Of a stretch of 64,000 bases of DNA, positions 1-12,861 are shown piece after piece (within the stretch, counting starts at the first letter, position 1; each line of letters opens with the position of its first letter). Source of the stretch: Klebsiella pneumoniae (GTDB lineage Bacteria; Pseudomonadota; Gammaproteobacteria; Pseudomonadales; Pseudohongiellaceae); contig CAMCRC010000001.1 in assembly GCA_945877175.1 (NCBI GenBank), forward strand, positions 18,734-82,733. The letters are read 5' to 3'. Both the position numbers and the translations under genes were made by a program. Under the pieces are notes generated by a model. The model saw nothing but the letters and a program-made list of their open reading frames with translations, searched no databases and was not told the origin of the DNA.

Positions 1-1031
1 TGGCAGAACACGGCTGTCGGGATGTTGTCATAGGTCATCTCCCGCTGCTCGCCACCAAACAGGCGGCGGGCGAGGAGCTGGCCCTCCGCCAGAGCCACGG
101 GGGTAAGCGCCACACGGTCGATGACATCACCAACTGCATGGATATTGGAAATGCTGGTTGTAAAGTGCTGGTTGACGACTACGGCGCCGTTGGCAGAGAG
201 CCTCACACCGGCGTTCTCCAGCCCCAGACTTGCTGTGTTTGGTGCTCTGCCCGTGGCAAACAACACATGTTCCGCAACAATTTCCGAGCCATCCTGCATC
301 GTTGCGACGATACCTCCATGTTGCCGTCGCAGTCCGCTGACTTCTGCGTTCAGACGCAGCGTTGCATACTTTGCAAGCTCTGTCTGGAAGTGCGCTGCGA
401 CTTCCGTGTCGAAGCCACGCAGCAATGTCGATCCACGATAGGCAAGAGTGGTTTTTACGCCAAGTCCGGCAAAAATGCCGGCAAATTCGACGGCAATGTA
501 GCCGCCACCCACGATCAGAATGGAGGAAGGCAAGGCTTGCAACGCAAAGGCATCGTTGGAATTGATGGCAAGCTCGCGGCCAGGAATGTCAGGAACGAAG
601 GGCCAGCCCCCTGTGGCGATCAGAATCTCCCGGCAACGCAGCGTCTGATCGCCCACTTTGACGGTATGGCGATCTACCAGTGTGGCGCGCTCTTCAAACA
701 CTTGCACACCGGCATTGCGCAACAGATTGAGATAGATGCCGTTGAGCCGTCCGATTTCTCTGTCCTTGTTTGCCATCAGAATGGACCAATCAAAATGTGG
801 CCGCTCGGGCAAACTCCAGCCATAACCAGCGGCATCCTCAAAATCATGGGCATAATTCGACGCATAACTGAAGAGCTTCTTGGGGATGCACCCGACATTG
901 ACACAGGTACCGCCAAGATAGCGCTCTTCCGCCAATGCCGTTCTGGCGCCAAGACCCGCGGCAATTCTTGCGGCGCGCACGCCTCCTGAGCCTCCGCCAA
1001 TCACGAAGAAATCCAGATCAAATGCTGTCAA
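1..1031 (-). CDS. gor: Glutathione-disulfide reductase, N-terminal ~343 codons (C-terminus runs off the left edge)
   Basis: My minus-strand translation gives (TTG)M-TAFDLDFFVIGGGSGGVRAARIAA...LGGTCVNVGCIPKKL, with an FAD GxGxxG fold and the redox-active CVNVGC disulfide. It continues ILIVGGGYIAVEFAG (NADPH fold) and HAVGDV. It is absent from the ORF track because there is no stop in the window. Track ORF 138..989(+) is its antisense shadow. Confidence 0.9.
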   Translation of the reverse strand, partial: MTAFDLDFFVIGGGSGGVRAARIAAGLGARTALAEERYLGGTCVNVGCIPKKLFSYASNYAHDFEDAAGYGWSLPERPHFDWSILMANKDREIGRLNGIYLNLLRNAGVQVFEERATLVDRHTVKVGDQTLRCREILIATGGWPFVPDIPGRELAINSNDAFALQALPSSILIVGGGYIAVEFAGIFAGLGVKTTLAYRGSTLLRGFDTEVAAHFQTELAKYATLRLNAEVSGLRRQHGGIVATMQDGSEIVAEHVLFATGRAPNTASLGLENAGVRLSANGAVVVNQHFTTSISNIHAVGDVIDRVALTPVALAEGQLLARRLFGGEQREMTYDNIPTAVFC

Positions 1032-1140
1032 TTTGCTTGTTGCTCCTGCTGGAGCCTCTGATCTCAAGATGTTTGAGTCATGGAAGGCTAGTCGCTATGA
1101 TCCCAGATATGCCTCCACCCTCACAGATTTTCAAGCAGTC

Positions 1141-1776
1141 ATGACCCAGCTAGGGCTCACAGCAGTCAATACAGAGGCCGGAGCGATTGCCATTCCGGAC
1201 GGGCAGTTGCACTTTTTCCCCGCCGCCTTCACCTCTGGTGAGGCAGATGCATTGTTCGAAAATTGCCTGCACTCTCTGCCCTGGCGTCAGGACGACATCG
1301 CCATTGCTGGCAGGCGAATACCGATTCCCCGCCTGCAGAACTGGTTCGGGGATACCGGCATGGACTACAGCTATTCAGGCATCATTCTCGCGCCCTTGCC
1401 GTGGACAGACGCGTTGCAGAGGATTCGCGAGCGAGTGCAGCGTTTATGCGGACATCAGTTCAACGCGCTGCTGGCCAATTGCTATCGCAACGGCATGGAC
1501 AGCGTTGGCTGGCACAGTGATGACGAGCCGGAGCTGGGAATGCTGCCCGTGATTGCTTCTGTCAGCTTTGGCGCAACACGCACCTTCGAAATGCGCCACA
1601 TTGCAGATCGTTCGCTCAAAACTCTGCGTTTACCTCTTCATCATGGCAGTGTGCTCATCATGAGTGGTAATACTCAGCAGTTCTGGCGCCATCAGATTCC
1701 CAAGGAAAAGGGTGTAACACTGCCGCGGATCAATCTGACATTGCGCCATATCATTCCTGTATCGGAGCGAGGCTGA
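1141..1776 (+). CDS. alkB: Alpha-ketoglutarate/Fe(II)-dependent dioxygenase, AlkB/ABH2-3-like DNA/RNA demethylase
   Basis: The track ORF is 1033..1776. It carries the HxD...H iron triad and 2OG-binding Arg (GWHSDDEPELG, LHHGSVLIM, RINLTLRHI). I prefer the ATG at 1141 (211 aa) because it leaves a 109 bp divergent promoter region with gor. Starts at 1033 (TTG) or 1069 (ATG) are not excluded. Confidence 0.8.
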   Translation: MTQLGLTAVNTEAGAIAIPDGQLHFFPAAFTSGEADALFENCLHSLPWRQDDIAIAGRRIPIPRLQNWFGDTGMDYSYSGIILAPLPWTDALQRIRERVQRLCGHQFNALLANCYRNGMDSVGWHSDDEPELGMLPVIASVSFGATRTFEMRHIADRSLKTLRLPLHHGSVLIMSGNTQQFWRHQIPKEKGVTLPRINLTLRHIIPVSERG

Positions 1777-1777
1777 G

Positions 1778-2911
1778 ATGGACCACTTCGATCTTTGCAT
1801 AATCGGTGCAGGTGTGGCTGGACTGGCTGTCGCTGAAGAGTTCTCTGCAACTATGCCCTCCTCCTTTTCCATCCTGCTTGTTGAACAGAATGAGCGCTTC
1901 GGACAAGAGACCAGCAGTCGCAATAGTGAAGTCATTCACGCAGGAATCTATTATCCGCCAGGATCGCTGAAGGCAGCACTTTGCGTCGAGGGGCGTGAAC
2001 TGCTTTACGCCTATTGCACGCGACACGTCATCGCCCATCGGAAGTTGGGAAAACTGATTGTTTCCCAGGACGACGAAGTCGGGTATCTGGAAACTTTGTT
2101 CCGAAATGCAGCAGCCAATGGTGTTGCATCGTTGCAATGGCTGGACAGCGTTGATGTCCTTGCGAAGGAGCCTTTGGTCAAGGCAAGTGCGGCATTGTAT
2201 TCTCCGGACTCGGGGATTGTTGACAGTCATGGCTTGATGCAGAGCCTGCTCAACCAGGCGCAGGCAGCCGGAGTGCTATATGCGCCGCGCACGCAGGTGT
2301 TGAAAATGGAAGCCACTGCGAATCACTTCACGATAGATGCTGCGTGCGGGCACGGGAAAGATGCCCAGGAATATACATTCACGGCGGCGCGCGTGGTGAA
2401 CGCAGCCGGGCTGCAGGCCTGTGCACTTGCGCGGCGCATTGGCGGGCTGGACCAGTCCACAGTGCCTGCGATGCAGATCAGCAAGGGGAATTATTTCCGC
2501 TATGCAGCACCAGCGCCTTTCAAGCACCTTGTCTATCCGGTGCCGGAGAAGGATCATCGTGGCTTAGGGATACATGCAACAGTGGATCTGGGCGGACAGG
2601 TAAAATTCGGACCCGATGTCGATCCAGACAGCGTGCAGGACTACCACGTCGATCCAGCGCGCCGGTCAATCTTCGCAGAAGCCATCCGCCGCTATTTTCC
2701 ATCCATTCAGGAAGCTGCTCTCGTGCCGGACTACGCAGGCTTGCGGCCGAGGCTTGCGAACCCTGCTGGAACAATGGCTGATTTCACGATTCAGGATGCG
2801 AGCGTACATCGGCTGCCTGGACTTGTGCAGCTTTATGGAATTGAATCACCAGGGCTGACAGCAAGCCTGGCCATTGCCAGGCACGTGCGTTCCAGAACCG
2901 ATATTCTATAG
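1778..2911 (+). CDS. FAD-dependent oxidoreductase, L-2-hydroxyglutarate oxidase/dehydrogenase-like (COG0579 type)
   Basis: It has an N-terminal dinucleotide fold (DLCIIGAGVAGLAV). SSRNSEVIHAGIYYPPGSLKA closely resembles the LhgO/L2HGDH signature, and the C-terminus reads YGIESPGLTASLAIA. Its ATG lies 1 nt after the alkB stop. Confidence 0.7.
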   Translation: MDHFDLCIIGAGVAGLAVAEEFSATMPSSFSILLVEQNERFGQETSSRNSEVIHAGIYYPPGSLKAALCVEGRELLYAYCTRHVIAHRKLGKLIVSQDDEVGYLETLFRNAAANGVASLQWLDSVDVLAKEPLVKASAALYSPDSGIVDSHGLMQSLLNQAQAAGVLYAPRTQVLKMEATANHFTIDAACGHGKDAQEYTFTAARVVNAAGLQACALARRIGGLDQSTVPAMQISKGNYFRYAAPAPFKHLVYPVPEKDHRGLGIHATVDLGGQVKFGPDVDPDSVQDYHVDPARRSIFAEAIRRYFPSIQEAALVPDYAGLRPRLANPAGTMADFTIQDASVHRLPGLVQLYGIESPGLTASLAIARHVRSRTDIL

Positions 2912-2933
2912 CGCACTTGCGAGGGCGGGAAAA

Positions 2934-3449
2934 TCAGTACTGCTCTGCCTGGGTGGCAATGTGGGCGTACACCTCGGTGCTGCCGTCGCTCTTCATGACC
3001 AGAACATCGTAAGGCTGAAATTGTTCATCGATTTCCATGCCCGGGCTGCCAACCGGCATCCCGGGCACTGTCAGGCCAAGTGCATCATTCGGAGCTTCAG
3101 TCAGAAAGCGATGAATCAGATTCGCCGGAATGTGTCCTTCGAAAACGTATCCCTGTTCAGATACTGCGGTATGGCATGACTGCAATTGCGTTGGAATGCC
3201 CAGGCGAAGTTTCGCAGCATTCAAATCTTGCGGATGACTGATTTGAGATACAAAGCCCCTGTCATTCACGTGCTCAACCCAGCCCTCGCAGCACATGCAG
3301 GTGGGACTCTTCAGAACCTGCAGTACCGGCATGCTGCTTTGGGATGTGTCGGCATCCGAAGTCTGGGCCACAATCGAATTCTCGGGCTGACATGCGGAAA
3401 ATGTCAGACTCACAAACGCGACTTGCAGCAGGATTCTCAGTTTCATCAT
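2934..3449 (-). CDS. DUF411 (CopG-like) periplasmic metal-binding protein
   Basis: There is a signal peptide (MMKLRILLQVAFVSLTFSAC) and the CMCCEGW cysteine motif typical of DUF411. The track ORF 2934..3674 was trimmed to the MM start at 3449, because the upstream extension overlaps pilZ. Confidence 0.7.
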   Translation of the reverse strand: MMKLRILLQVAFVSLTFSACQPENSIVAQTSDADTSQSSMPVLQVLKSPTCMCCEGWVEHVNDRGFVSQISHPQDLNAAKLRLGIPTQLQSCHTAVSEQGYVFEGHIPANLIHRFLTEAPNDALGLTVPGMPVGSPGMEIDEQFQPYDVLVMKSDGSTEVYAHIATQAEQY

Positions 3450-3457
3450 CTTTACTC

Positions 3458-3826
3458 TCACAATGTGTGGGTCAGTTTTTCCGGGTTGACTTGTCCGGCC
3501 AGCATGTTTTCGATTTTCTTGCGTACCCGCCCTTCTGCATCCTTGAAATGTATGCCAATGCCAGCGGCACGATTGCCTTGTGCCAGTGCGGGTGTAATCC
3601 ATACGACCGTGCCCGCGACAGGTATTCGTTCGCTTTCGTCCATCAATTTTAGGAGCATGAAGACTTCGTTCCAAAGTTCATATTGCTTGCTGGTAGGGAT
3701 GAACAGACCGCCGTTCTTTAGGAAAGGCATGAAGGCCGCATGCAATACGCTGCTGTCCTTGATAGTCAGGGAAAGGATGCCGTGCTTGACGGGTTTGTTC
3801 TCATTTTCCGTGATCATGTCCACCAT
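3458..3826 (-). CDS. pilZ: Type IV pilus assembly protein PilZ
   Basis: The sequence GILSLTIKD..AFMPFLKNGGLFIPT..VFMLLKLMDE..IPVAGTVVWITP..GNRAAGIGIHF matches PilZ. The tmk-holB-pilZ synteny is as in Pseudomonas. Confidence 0.85.
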   Translation of the reverse strand: MVDMITENENKPVKHGILSLTIKDSSVLHAAFMPFLKNGGLFIPTSKQYELWNEVFMLLKLMDESERIPVAGTVVWITPALAQGNRAAGIGIHFKDAEGRVRKKIENMLAGQVNPEKLTHTL

Positions 3827-3836
3827 ACTCCCTCCA

Positions 3837-6505
<2,669 letters not shown>

Positions 6506-6525
<20 letters not shown>

Positions 6526-7333
6526 GCTCCGTCATCGCGTTCTGCAGCATGCGCGCAAAGGGCCCAATCGAGAGGTGATGCACGGTCTCTTCGCACCTCA
6601 GTTCCGTAACAGGCCAGATTCCAAAGACACTGTTGCACATGAATATCTCGTCTGCCTCCAGTGCTTCGGCAAACGGAATCTCCCGATCTACCACCTCCAG
6701 CTGGTTTTGCGCGCAAAACTCCAGAATGACCTCTCTCTGAATTCCGGCCACCCCGGAACGATCCAGAAGCGGGGTTATCAACATGCCAGATCTGGCAAGA
6801 AAAACATTGCTCTTTGTGCCTTCAATCAGCAATCCGCGAGAGTTGCACATGAGCCCTTCGTGGCAATCAACGGGCAGCTCCATACTGGCCAGAACCTGGT
6901 CCAGACGATTCAGGTGCTTCATTCCGGCAAGTGCGGCGTTCTCAGAAACTGGGTGTTTGCAGCGCACTACGCAGACACCACGCTGTGAAAGCTCTGCATA
7001 TTCGGATGGCAGGGCGTGTACAGTCACAATTCGGGTTGGCAGTGGGTGCTCGGGAGGCATGTAGCCGCGGCCACCAGCTCCTCGCGTGACCAAGATCTTG
7101 ATGATGCAAGAGCCTTGAGACTGTTTCAGAAGGGAGCGAACATCGAGTTCAATCAATTGCGCATTCAAGGGGATCTTCAACAAGTCGCATGCACGTTTCA
7201 GACGTTCCATATGACGCGACCAGTGAACCAGACGTGACTCACTGACCAGGACCGTTTCGAAAGCGCCATCACCGTAGTGGATAGCCCGGTCTGCGAGAGG
7301 AAGAGAGTCTTGAGGGTGTCCGTTGACCAGCAT
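6506..7333 (-). CDS. pabC: Aminodeoxychorismate lyase (class IV aminotransferase fold)
   Basis: It contains DRAIHYGDGAFET...ILVTRGAGGRGY...GTKSNVF. The track ORF 6506..7432 was trimmed to the ATG at 7333 (MLVNGH...), because the longer form overlaps the fabF 3' end. Confidence 0.8.
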
Positions 7334-7382
7334 GTCGCCTCCGAGATTCAAGAGCCGCTGGAGAAGCCCGGTGTTGTTCGCG

Positions 7383-8639
7383 CTAGGGCAATCTGGCGAA
7401 AACCAGACTGCCATTGGTGCCGCCAAAGCCAAAAGAATTACTCAGCACGACATTCAATTTAGCGTCGCGACTGCAGTGCGGGACATAGTCCAGATCACAT
7501 TCGGCGTCCGGGGCATCGAGATTGATTGTCGGAGTAATGACCTGATCACGGAGGGAAAGCACACAGATAATCGCTTCCACAGCGCCTGATGCCCCAAGCA
7601 AATGGCCCAGCATGGATTTTGACGAGCTGATTGCAAGCTTGTAAGCATGGTCCTTGAATACACTTTTGATTGCTTGTGTTTCCGCCAGATCACCAGCAAG
7701 TGTGGAAGTGCCGTGGGCATTGATATAGTCGACAGCACGCGCATCCAGACCAGCGCTGCTGATGGCATTCTGCATGCAGAGAGCAGCACCCTTCCCGCCT
7801 TCCGAGGGTGAGGTCATATGGTAGGCGTCACCACTCATGCCGAAGCCAGTCAGCTCAGCATAAATTTTTGCGCCACGGCGTTTTGCGTGTTCGTATTCTT
7901 CGAGCACCATTATGCCGGCGCCATCACTGAGCACGAATCCATCGCGATCCTTGTCCCAGGGGCGGCTCGCTCTCTGGGGGTCTTCATTGCGAGTGGAGAG
8001 CGCCCGTGCAGCACAGAATCCACCCAGTCCTACTGGAGACGTGGCCATTTCTGCTCCGCCGGCAATCATTACATCTGCCTGCCCCGCGTTGATCATCGCG
8101 GCTGCAACACCAATGTTGTGGGTGCCAGTAGTACAGGCTGTCGTAATGGCTATGTTGGGTCCCTGGAAGTTGTAACGGATCGAAAGTGTTCCCCCCAGCA
8201 TGTTGATGATGGAGCCAGGGACAAAGAAAGGAGATATTTTTCGAGGGCCTGAGGTTCTTACCAGCGCGGAACTTTCTTCGATGGAGTTGATGCCACCGAT
8301 TCCAGATCCAATCGCAACACCCACACGTTCAAAATTCACTGCGGAGTCGAGCAGCCCTGAGTCTTCTACGGCTTGAACGCCAGCGGCCAGTCCATACTGA
8401 ATGAAAACATCCATCCGCCGTGCGTCTTTGGCGCTCAGATAGAGAGTGCAATCGAAATTCTTGATGGATCCGCCAAAGCGGGTAGTAAATTCGGTTGTAT
8501 CGAATTGGCTTAGCGCATTGATGCCGCTACGACCTTCCTTTATGGCAGACCAAGACCTCGCAACGTCATTGCCCAGCGGTGTGACAAGTCCCAATCCAGT
8601 GATTACCACTCTTCTGCCGTTCACTGCGTCGCTCTCCAA
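7383..8639 (-). CDS. fabF: Beta-ketoacyl-ACP synthase II
   Basis: It contains VVITGLG, the active-site Cys in [17 protein letters not shown] and [15 protein letters not shown]. Confidence 0.95.
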   Translation of the reverse strand: MESDAVNGRRVVITGLGLVTPLGNDVARSWSAIKEGRSGINALSQFDTTEFTTRFGGSIKNFDCTLYLSAKDARRMDVFIQYGLAAGVQAVEDSGLLDSAVNFERVGVAIGSGIGGINSIEESSALVRTSGPRKISPFFVPGSIINMLGGTLSIRYNFQGPNIAITTACTTGTHNIGVAAAMINAGQADVMIAGGAEMATSPVGLGGFCAARALSTRNEDPQRASRPWDKDRDGFVLSDGAGIMVLEEYEHAKRRGAKIYAELTGFGMSGDAYHMTSPSEGGKGAALCMQNAISSAGLDARAVDYINAHGTSTLAGDLAETQAIKSVFKDHAYKLAISSSKSMLGHLLGASGAVEAIICVLSLRDQVITPTINLDAPDAECDLDYVPHCSRDAKLNVVLSNSFGFGGTNGSLVFARLP

Positions 8640-8689
8640 TGCAGATGAATAAAGATCGTCAGTATGAATTGAATACTTCGGGCAAAATA

Positions 8690-8722
8690 AAAGCTACTCC
8701 GGTTGTGCCCCGGAGTAGCTTT
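8690..8722 (-). terminator. Hairpin terminator/attenuator between acpP and fabF
   Basis: A 12-bp perfect stem (aagctactccgg / ccggagtagctt) with a 7-nt loop. On the minus strand it is followed by TATTTTG. Confidence 0.6.
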
Positions 8723-8742
8723 GGTATTGAGCCTGGATTCGC

Positions 8743-8976
8743 TTACAGGTGCTGATTGATGTAGTCGCAAGCCAGTTGGACCGTGGTGATCTTCTCGGCT
8801 TCTTCATCCGGAATTTCGGTCTCGAACTCTTCTTCCAGAGCCATAACCAATTCCACAGTATCCAAAGAATCAGCGCCTAAATCTTCTACAAATGAAGAAG
8901 AAGCTTTTACGTCTTCTTCCTTAACGCCAAGCTGTTCGCAGACAATTTTCTTAACGCGTTCTTCAATGCTACTCAT
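8743..8976 (-). CDS. acpP: Acyl carrier protein
   Basis: 77 aa with the phosphopantetheine attachment motif [19 protein letters not shown]. Confidence 0.97.
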   Translation of the reverse strand: MSSIEERVKKIVCEQLGVKEEDVKASSSFVEDLGADSLDTVELVMALEEEFETEIPDEEAEKITTVQLACDYINQHL

Positions 8977-9173
8977 AACTATTATTAGCTCCTAAAAACT
9001 GATTTTTGATACTGCTTTTCGATTATAGCTGGTTGCTTTTTGATCAACCTGGACAATTCAAAACGCAAGTTTACATCTATTTTCCGCGGGTTGTAATCGT
9101 AATGTCTAAAATAATTCCAAAAACCAATGTAAAAACAATTAAATACAAAAAGTTATAAGGGTATTCTAATGAC

Positions 9174-9920
9174 TTACGGCATGTACATTCCGCCGTTGAT
9201 ATGGAGCGTTTCTCCGGTGATATAGGCACCTGAATCGGAGGCCAGGAAGCCCACTGCCGCTGCTATTTCTTCTACTTTACCGAAGCGCGCCAAAGGAATC
9301 TGAGACAGGAGAGACTCAATCTGTTTTTCCGCCAAAGCACGTGTCATGTCTGTATCAATGAAGCCTGGTGCAATGCAGTTGACCGTAATGCCACGTGAAC
9401 CAATCTCGCGAGCGAGAGACCTGGAGAAACCTTCGACTGCGGCCTTCGAAGCTGCATAATTGGTCTGTCCCGGATTGCCGCTCGACGCCACTACGGAACT
9501 GATGCTGATAATGCGGCCCCAGCGTGCCTTGGTCATGCCTTTCAGGGTCAGCTTGCACAATCTGTAGAGTGAATTCAAATTGGTTTCAATGACATCGTCC
9601 CACTCTTCGACCTTCATGCGCAGCAACAAATTGTCCTTGGTAATGCCGGCATTGTTCACCAGTATCAGTGGTGCTCCAAATTGCGTATCGATCTGTTCGA
9701 GTACCGTTGTCACTGACTCCAGTGATGCAACGTTCAGAACGTAGCCGTGTCCCTCTATGGCGTGCTCTGTCAGGTAAGCCGTTATGTCTTCAGCGCCCTT
9801 CTCTGTTGTCGCGGTGCCGAGGACTGTCATCCCCTGCTTGCCGAGCTCCAAGGCAATTGCCTTGCCGATTCCCCGGCTGGCTCCAGTAACCAGCGCGATT
9901 TTCTTGATGTCTGTATTCAT
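9174..9920 (-). CDS. fabG: 3-oxoacyl-ACP reductase
   Basis: SDR motifs TGASRGIGKAIA, NNAG and YAASKAAVEGF (YxxxK), plus its position in the fab cluster. Confidence 0.95.
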   Translation of the reverse strand: MNTDIKKIALVTGASRGIGKAIALELGKQGMTVLGTATTEKGAEDITAYLTEHAIEGHGYVLNVASLESVTTVLEQIDTQFGAPLILVNNAGITKDNLLLRMKVEEWDDVIETNLNSLYRLCKLTLKGMTKARWGRIISISSVVASSGNPGQTNYAASKAAVEGFSRSLAREIGSRGITVNCIAPGFIDTDMTRALAEKQIESLLSQIPLARFGKVEEIAAAVGFLASDSGAYITGETLHINGGMYMP

Positions 9921-9975
9921 GGATCAGTGTCTGTCTCCAGAGGCATGTGAATTTATCTAGAATTGCGCGAGCAGT

Positions 9976-10911
9976 TCAGGCCGCGCTTTGTTTTGCTTCG
10001 GCAAAACTCTCGGGATCTTCGGTCGAAAATGTGTGAATCTGAGGTTCAATCCGCTTGATGAGACCTCCCAATACCTTTCCTGGGCCACACTCGATCAGTA
10101 CGCCATTTCCTTGCTCCCACATGCTGCGAACCGACTTTACCCATTGCACTGGGAGATAGAGCTGTTTCAAGAGATTCTGTTTGATCTCGTCTGAATTTGC
10201 AGCTACCCGCCCATCTACATTCTGCACCACGGGAATTGCGGCCGTGTGGAACAGCACCTTGTTCAGATCGAGCGCCAGTCTTTCTGCGGCAGGTCTCATC
10301 AATGCACAGTGGGATGGTACGCTGACATTCAAGGGTAATGCGCGCTTTGCGCCAGCGTCTTTGCACGCCTGCATTGCCCGCTCAACTGCCGCCTTCTCGC
10401 CAGCTATGACTGTCTGACCAATTGAGTTGAAGTTGGCGGGTGACACAACCGCTCCTTGCGCAACACTTGCGCAGACTTCCTCTATTCTTTCGTCTTCAAG
10501 GCCCAGAATGGCTGCCATTCCGCCAGTACCACTGGGTACTGCTTCCTGCATGTACTGACCTCGGTGATGCACTAGACGGACAGCGTCCTGAAAGGACAAT
10601 ACTCCCGCACACGTCAATGCGGAGTACTCGCCGAGGCTGTGCCCTGCAAGGATTGCAGGGACTGGATTTCCTTGCGCCAGCCAAAGCCTCCAGATGGCTA
10701 CAGAGGCTGTCAACAGCGCGGGCTGTGTGATGTGAGTCATATCGAGAAGGTTGTCGGAATTCTCTGCAACAATTTTCCAGAGATCCAGTGCAAGGATGTC
10801 AGAAGCCTCAACGAAGGTATCTCTGATCGACTCATGCTGTAGAGCAAGTGCTCCCAGCATGCCGGCTTTCTGGGAACCTTGACCTGGAAATACAAAACCG
10901 GTTTTGCTCAT
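9976..10911 (-). CDS. fabD: Malonyl CoA-ACP transacylase
   Basis: It contains FVFPGQGSQ and the active-site GHSLGEYSAL. I prefer the ATG at 10911 (MSKTGFVF); the track ORF extends to 10932. Confidence 0.95.
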   Translation of the reverse strand: MSKTGFVFPGQGSQKAGMLGALALQHESIRDTFVEASDILALDLWKIVAENSDNLLDMTHITQPALLTASVAIWRLWLAQGNPVPAILAGHSLGEYSALTCAGVLSFQDAVRLVHHRGQYMQEAVPSGTGGMAAILGLEDERIEEVCASVAQGAVVSPANFNSIGQTVIAGEKAAVERAMQACKDAGAKRALPLNVSVPSHCALMRPAAERLALDLNKVLFHTAAIPVVQNVDGRVAANSDEIKQNLLKQLYLPVQWVKSVRSMWEQGNGVLIECGPGKVLGGLIKRIEPQIHTFSTEDPESFAEAKQSAA

Positions 10912-10956
10912 AGGTAAATCCTTAACGTTCAAACAGGGATGCCTGTGTCAGCAGCG

Positions 10957-11991
10957 TCAGCTGACGCAAGGCTGCAGAATTCCTGTCATTTGTTTCTGAA
11001 TGATGCTTGGTACATCGCTCTTCACTTCACGCAGCGCCTGGGAAATTGCAGATTGAAATCCACTGACGGAGGCGCTGCCATGACTTTTCACGATAGTCCC
11101 CTGCAGACCAAGCACACTGGCTCCATTGAACTGTGACGGGTCGATCTTTGCCTGCATCCGGTTGAGTAGTGGCAAGGCCATCAGCCCTGCGATGCGAGAC
11201 ATCAAGTTGCCAGTAGTTCCTTGACGAAACAGCCCTGCGATCACTTTCACTACCCCTTCACTTGTCTTGATGGAAAGGTTGCCTGAAAAGCCATCGCAGA
11301 CAATTACATCCGCCTTGCCAGAGAACAACTCGTTACCCTCGATATATCCGATATATTGAAGAGTTTCGGTTCTTTCCATCAGCTTCGCTGCAAGTCTGAT
11401 CTGTTCGGTGCCCTTGTGCTCTTCTTCTCCGATATTAAGAAGTGCCACTCGTGGGTTGCTACCCGGTTTGATCGAGGCTGCAAGCACAGAGCCCATCACG
11501 GCGAACTCCAGGAGATTCTGCGCATCGCAGATAACGTTGGCACCAACGTCGAGCAACAAGCCCCGACCGCCTGCAAGTGGAAATGGAATGCTTGCTACAA
11601 TCGCTGGTTTGGAAATTCCGGGTATGGTCTTCAGAATGTGCCGACCAATCACCAAGAGTGCACCGGTGTTGCCTGCGCTTACGCAGGCATCAGCTTGCTT
11701 TTCCTTGACGAGGTTCACTGCCAGATACATTGATGACCCCTTGAAATTGCGGAGAGCATCAACGGGGTTTGATTCATTGAGCACACAGACAGAGGTATGC
11801 ATGACTTCGAGGCGGCTGCGCGTCGGTGCGTCGAGGTCCGTTAAAAGCGGTTCAATGCGAGCAGAGTCACCGATAAGGACCAAATTCGTGTCTTCATGGT
11901 CAAGCAAGAAATTCAGTGAAGCGGAAACTGTCACAGAGGGGCCAAAGTCCCCTCCCATGACGTCAATTGCTATTCGCGCAGACCTGCTCAA
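10957..11991 (-). CDS. plsX: Phosphate acyltransferase PlsX
   Basis: It contains IAIDVMGGDFGP. The frame opens with TTG at 11991, 2 nt after the rpmF stop, and no in-frame ATG is nearby. Confidence 0.9.
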   Translation of the reverse strand: MSRSARIAIDVMGGDFGPSVTVSASLNFLLDHEDTNLVLIGDSARIEPLLTDLDAPTRSRLEVMHTSVCVLNESNPVDALRNFKGSSMYLAVNLVKEKQADACVSAGNTGALLVIGRHILKTIPGISKPAIVASIPFPLAGGRGLLLDVGANVICDAQNLLEFAVMGSVLAASIKPGSNPRVALLNIGEEEHKGTEQIRLAAKLMERTETLQYIGYIEGNELFSGKADVIVCDGFSGNLSIKTSEGVVKVIAGLFRQGTTGNLMSRIAGLMALPLLNRMQAKIDPSQFNGASVLGLQGTIVKSHGSASVSGFQSAISQALREVKSDVPSIIQKQMTGILQPCVS

Positions 11992-11993
11992 GC

Positions 11994-12173
11994 TTACTTG
12001 TCACCAAGGTCCAGCACTTTCTTGCCTTTGTAAAAACCATCTGCCGTCACGTGATGACGACGATGAATTTCACCAGTTGTCTGGTCAGTAGACAACGTTG
12101 GACCTGTCAGTGCGTCGTGCGCTCGACGCATGTTGCGACGTGATCGGGAAACCTTTACTTGTTGAACAGCCAT
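11994..12173 (-). CDS. rpmF: 50S ribosomal protein L32
   Basis: My translation is [59 protein letters not shown] (59 aa). A GGAG lies upstream. It is below the ORF-track size cutoff. Confidence 0.95.
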   Translation of the reverse strand: MAVQQVKVSRSRRNMRRAHDALTGPTLSTDQTTGEIHRRHHVTADGFYKGKKVLDLGDK

Positions 12174-12229
12174 TTTCCAGCTCCTGAATTATGCGCCGTG
12201 CTGACACGGACACCTTGCGGTTAAGTGAA

Positions 12230-12763
12230 TTATCTTGGTTCTTTAAGCTTTTGCAGGATAGCGAACGGACCAAGGTCACTGTTCTTTGCCATGCCTTCAT
12301 CTCTATTCGAATTGCTGCCAATCTCAGTCGGAAGCGCTGCTTTGCAGCCTTCACTGTGATAGCTGACGATAGGCATCGCAAGTATCAATTGTTCTTCCAG
12401 AAAATCTGCTATCACCAGTTTTGGTTCTGTCACCATCCACGGATCGATATCCGCTGGCAACCTGGCAATATGACTTTCTGTTTCGACGATTCCCAGTTTG
12501 AAGGTTTCGGTCAACCCGATCTTGGCTGGCTCCAGGCACCTTTGACAAGTGACAGAGACCAGAGCATCGATCTCACCGTCGATTATGCGGCGGTGACTGT
12601 CATCCAGATGGAACTGCAACGTGACATGCAAATTTCCTGAGTTATCCGCGAGCAATTCGCAGAATCTTGAAAATCTGGAGATCGGCAGTATTCCGCTTAT
12701 AAGTGCATGCTGCGCAAAGATTTTCTTCGCATCAACATAGTCTGGAACAAGGGTGTCAACCAT
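12230..12763 (-). CDS. yceD: YceD/DUF177 family protein (large ribosomal RNA accumulation protein)
   Basis: It contains the DUF177 CQRCLEP motif and has an acidic C-terminus. The yceD-rpmF-plsX order is conserved. Confidence 0.85.
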   Translation of the reverse strand: MVDTLVPDYVDAKKIFAQHALISGILPISRFSRFCELLADNSGNLHVTLQFHLDDSHRRIIDGEIDALVSVTCQRCLEPAKIGLTETFKLGIVETESHIARLPADIDPWMVTEPKLVIADFLEEQLILAMPIVSYHSEGCKAALPTEIGSNSNRDEGMAKNSDLGPFAILQKLKEPR

Positions 12764-12861
12764 AGGCGCGCAATAATAGGCGTCTAAGGGGCGTCTGTCA
12801 AAAAGAAATGCTCACAACGGCATGATTTATCTCGAATTACCACTGGAGCTTGCCAGATATA

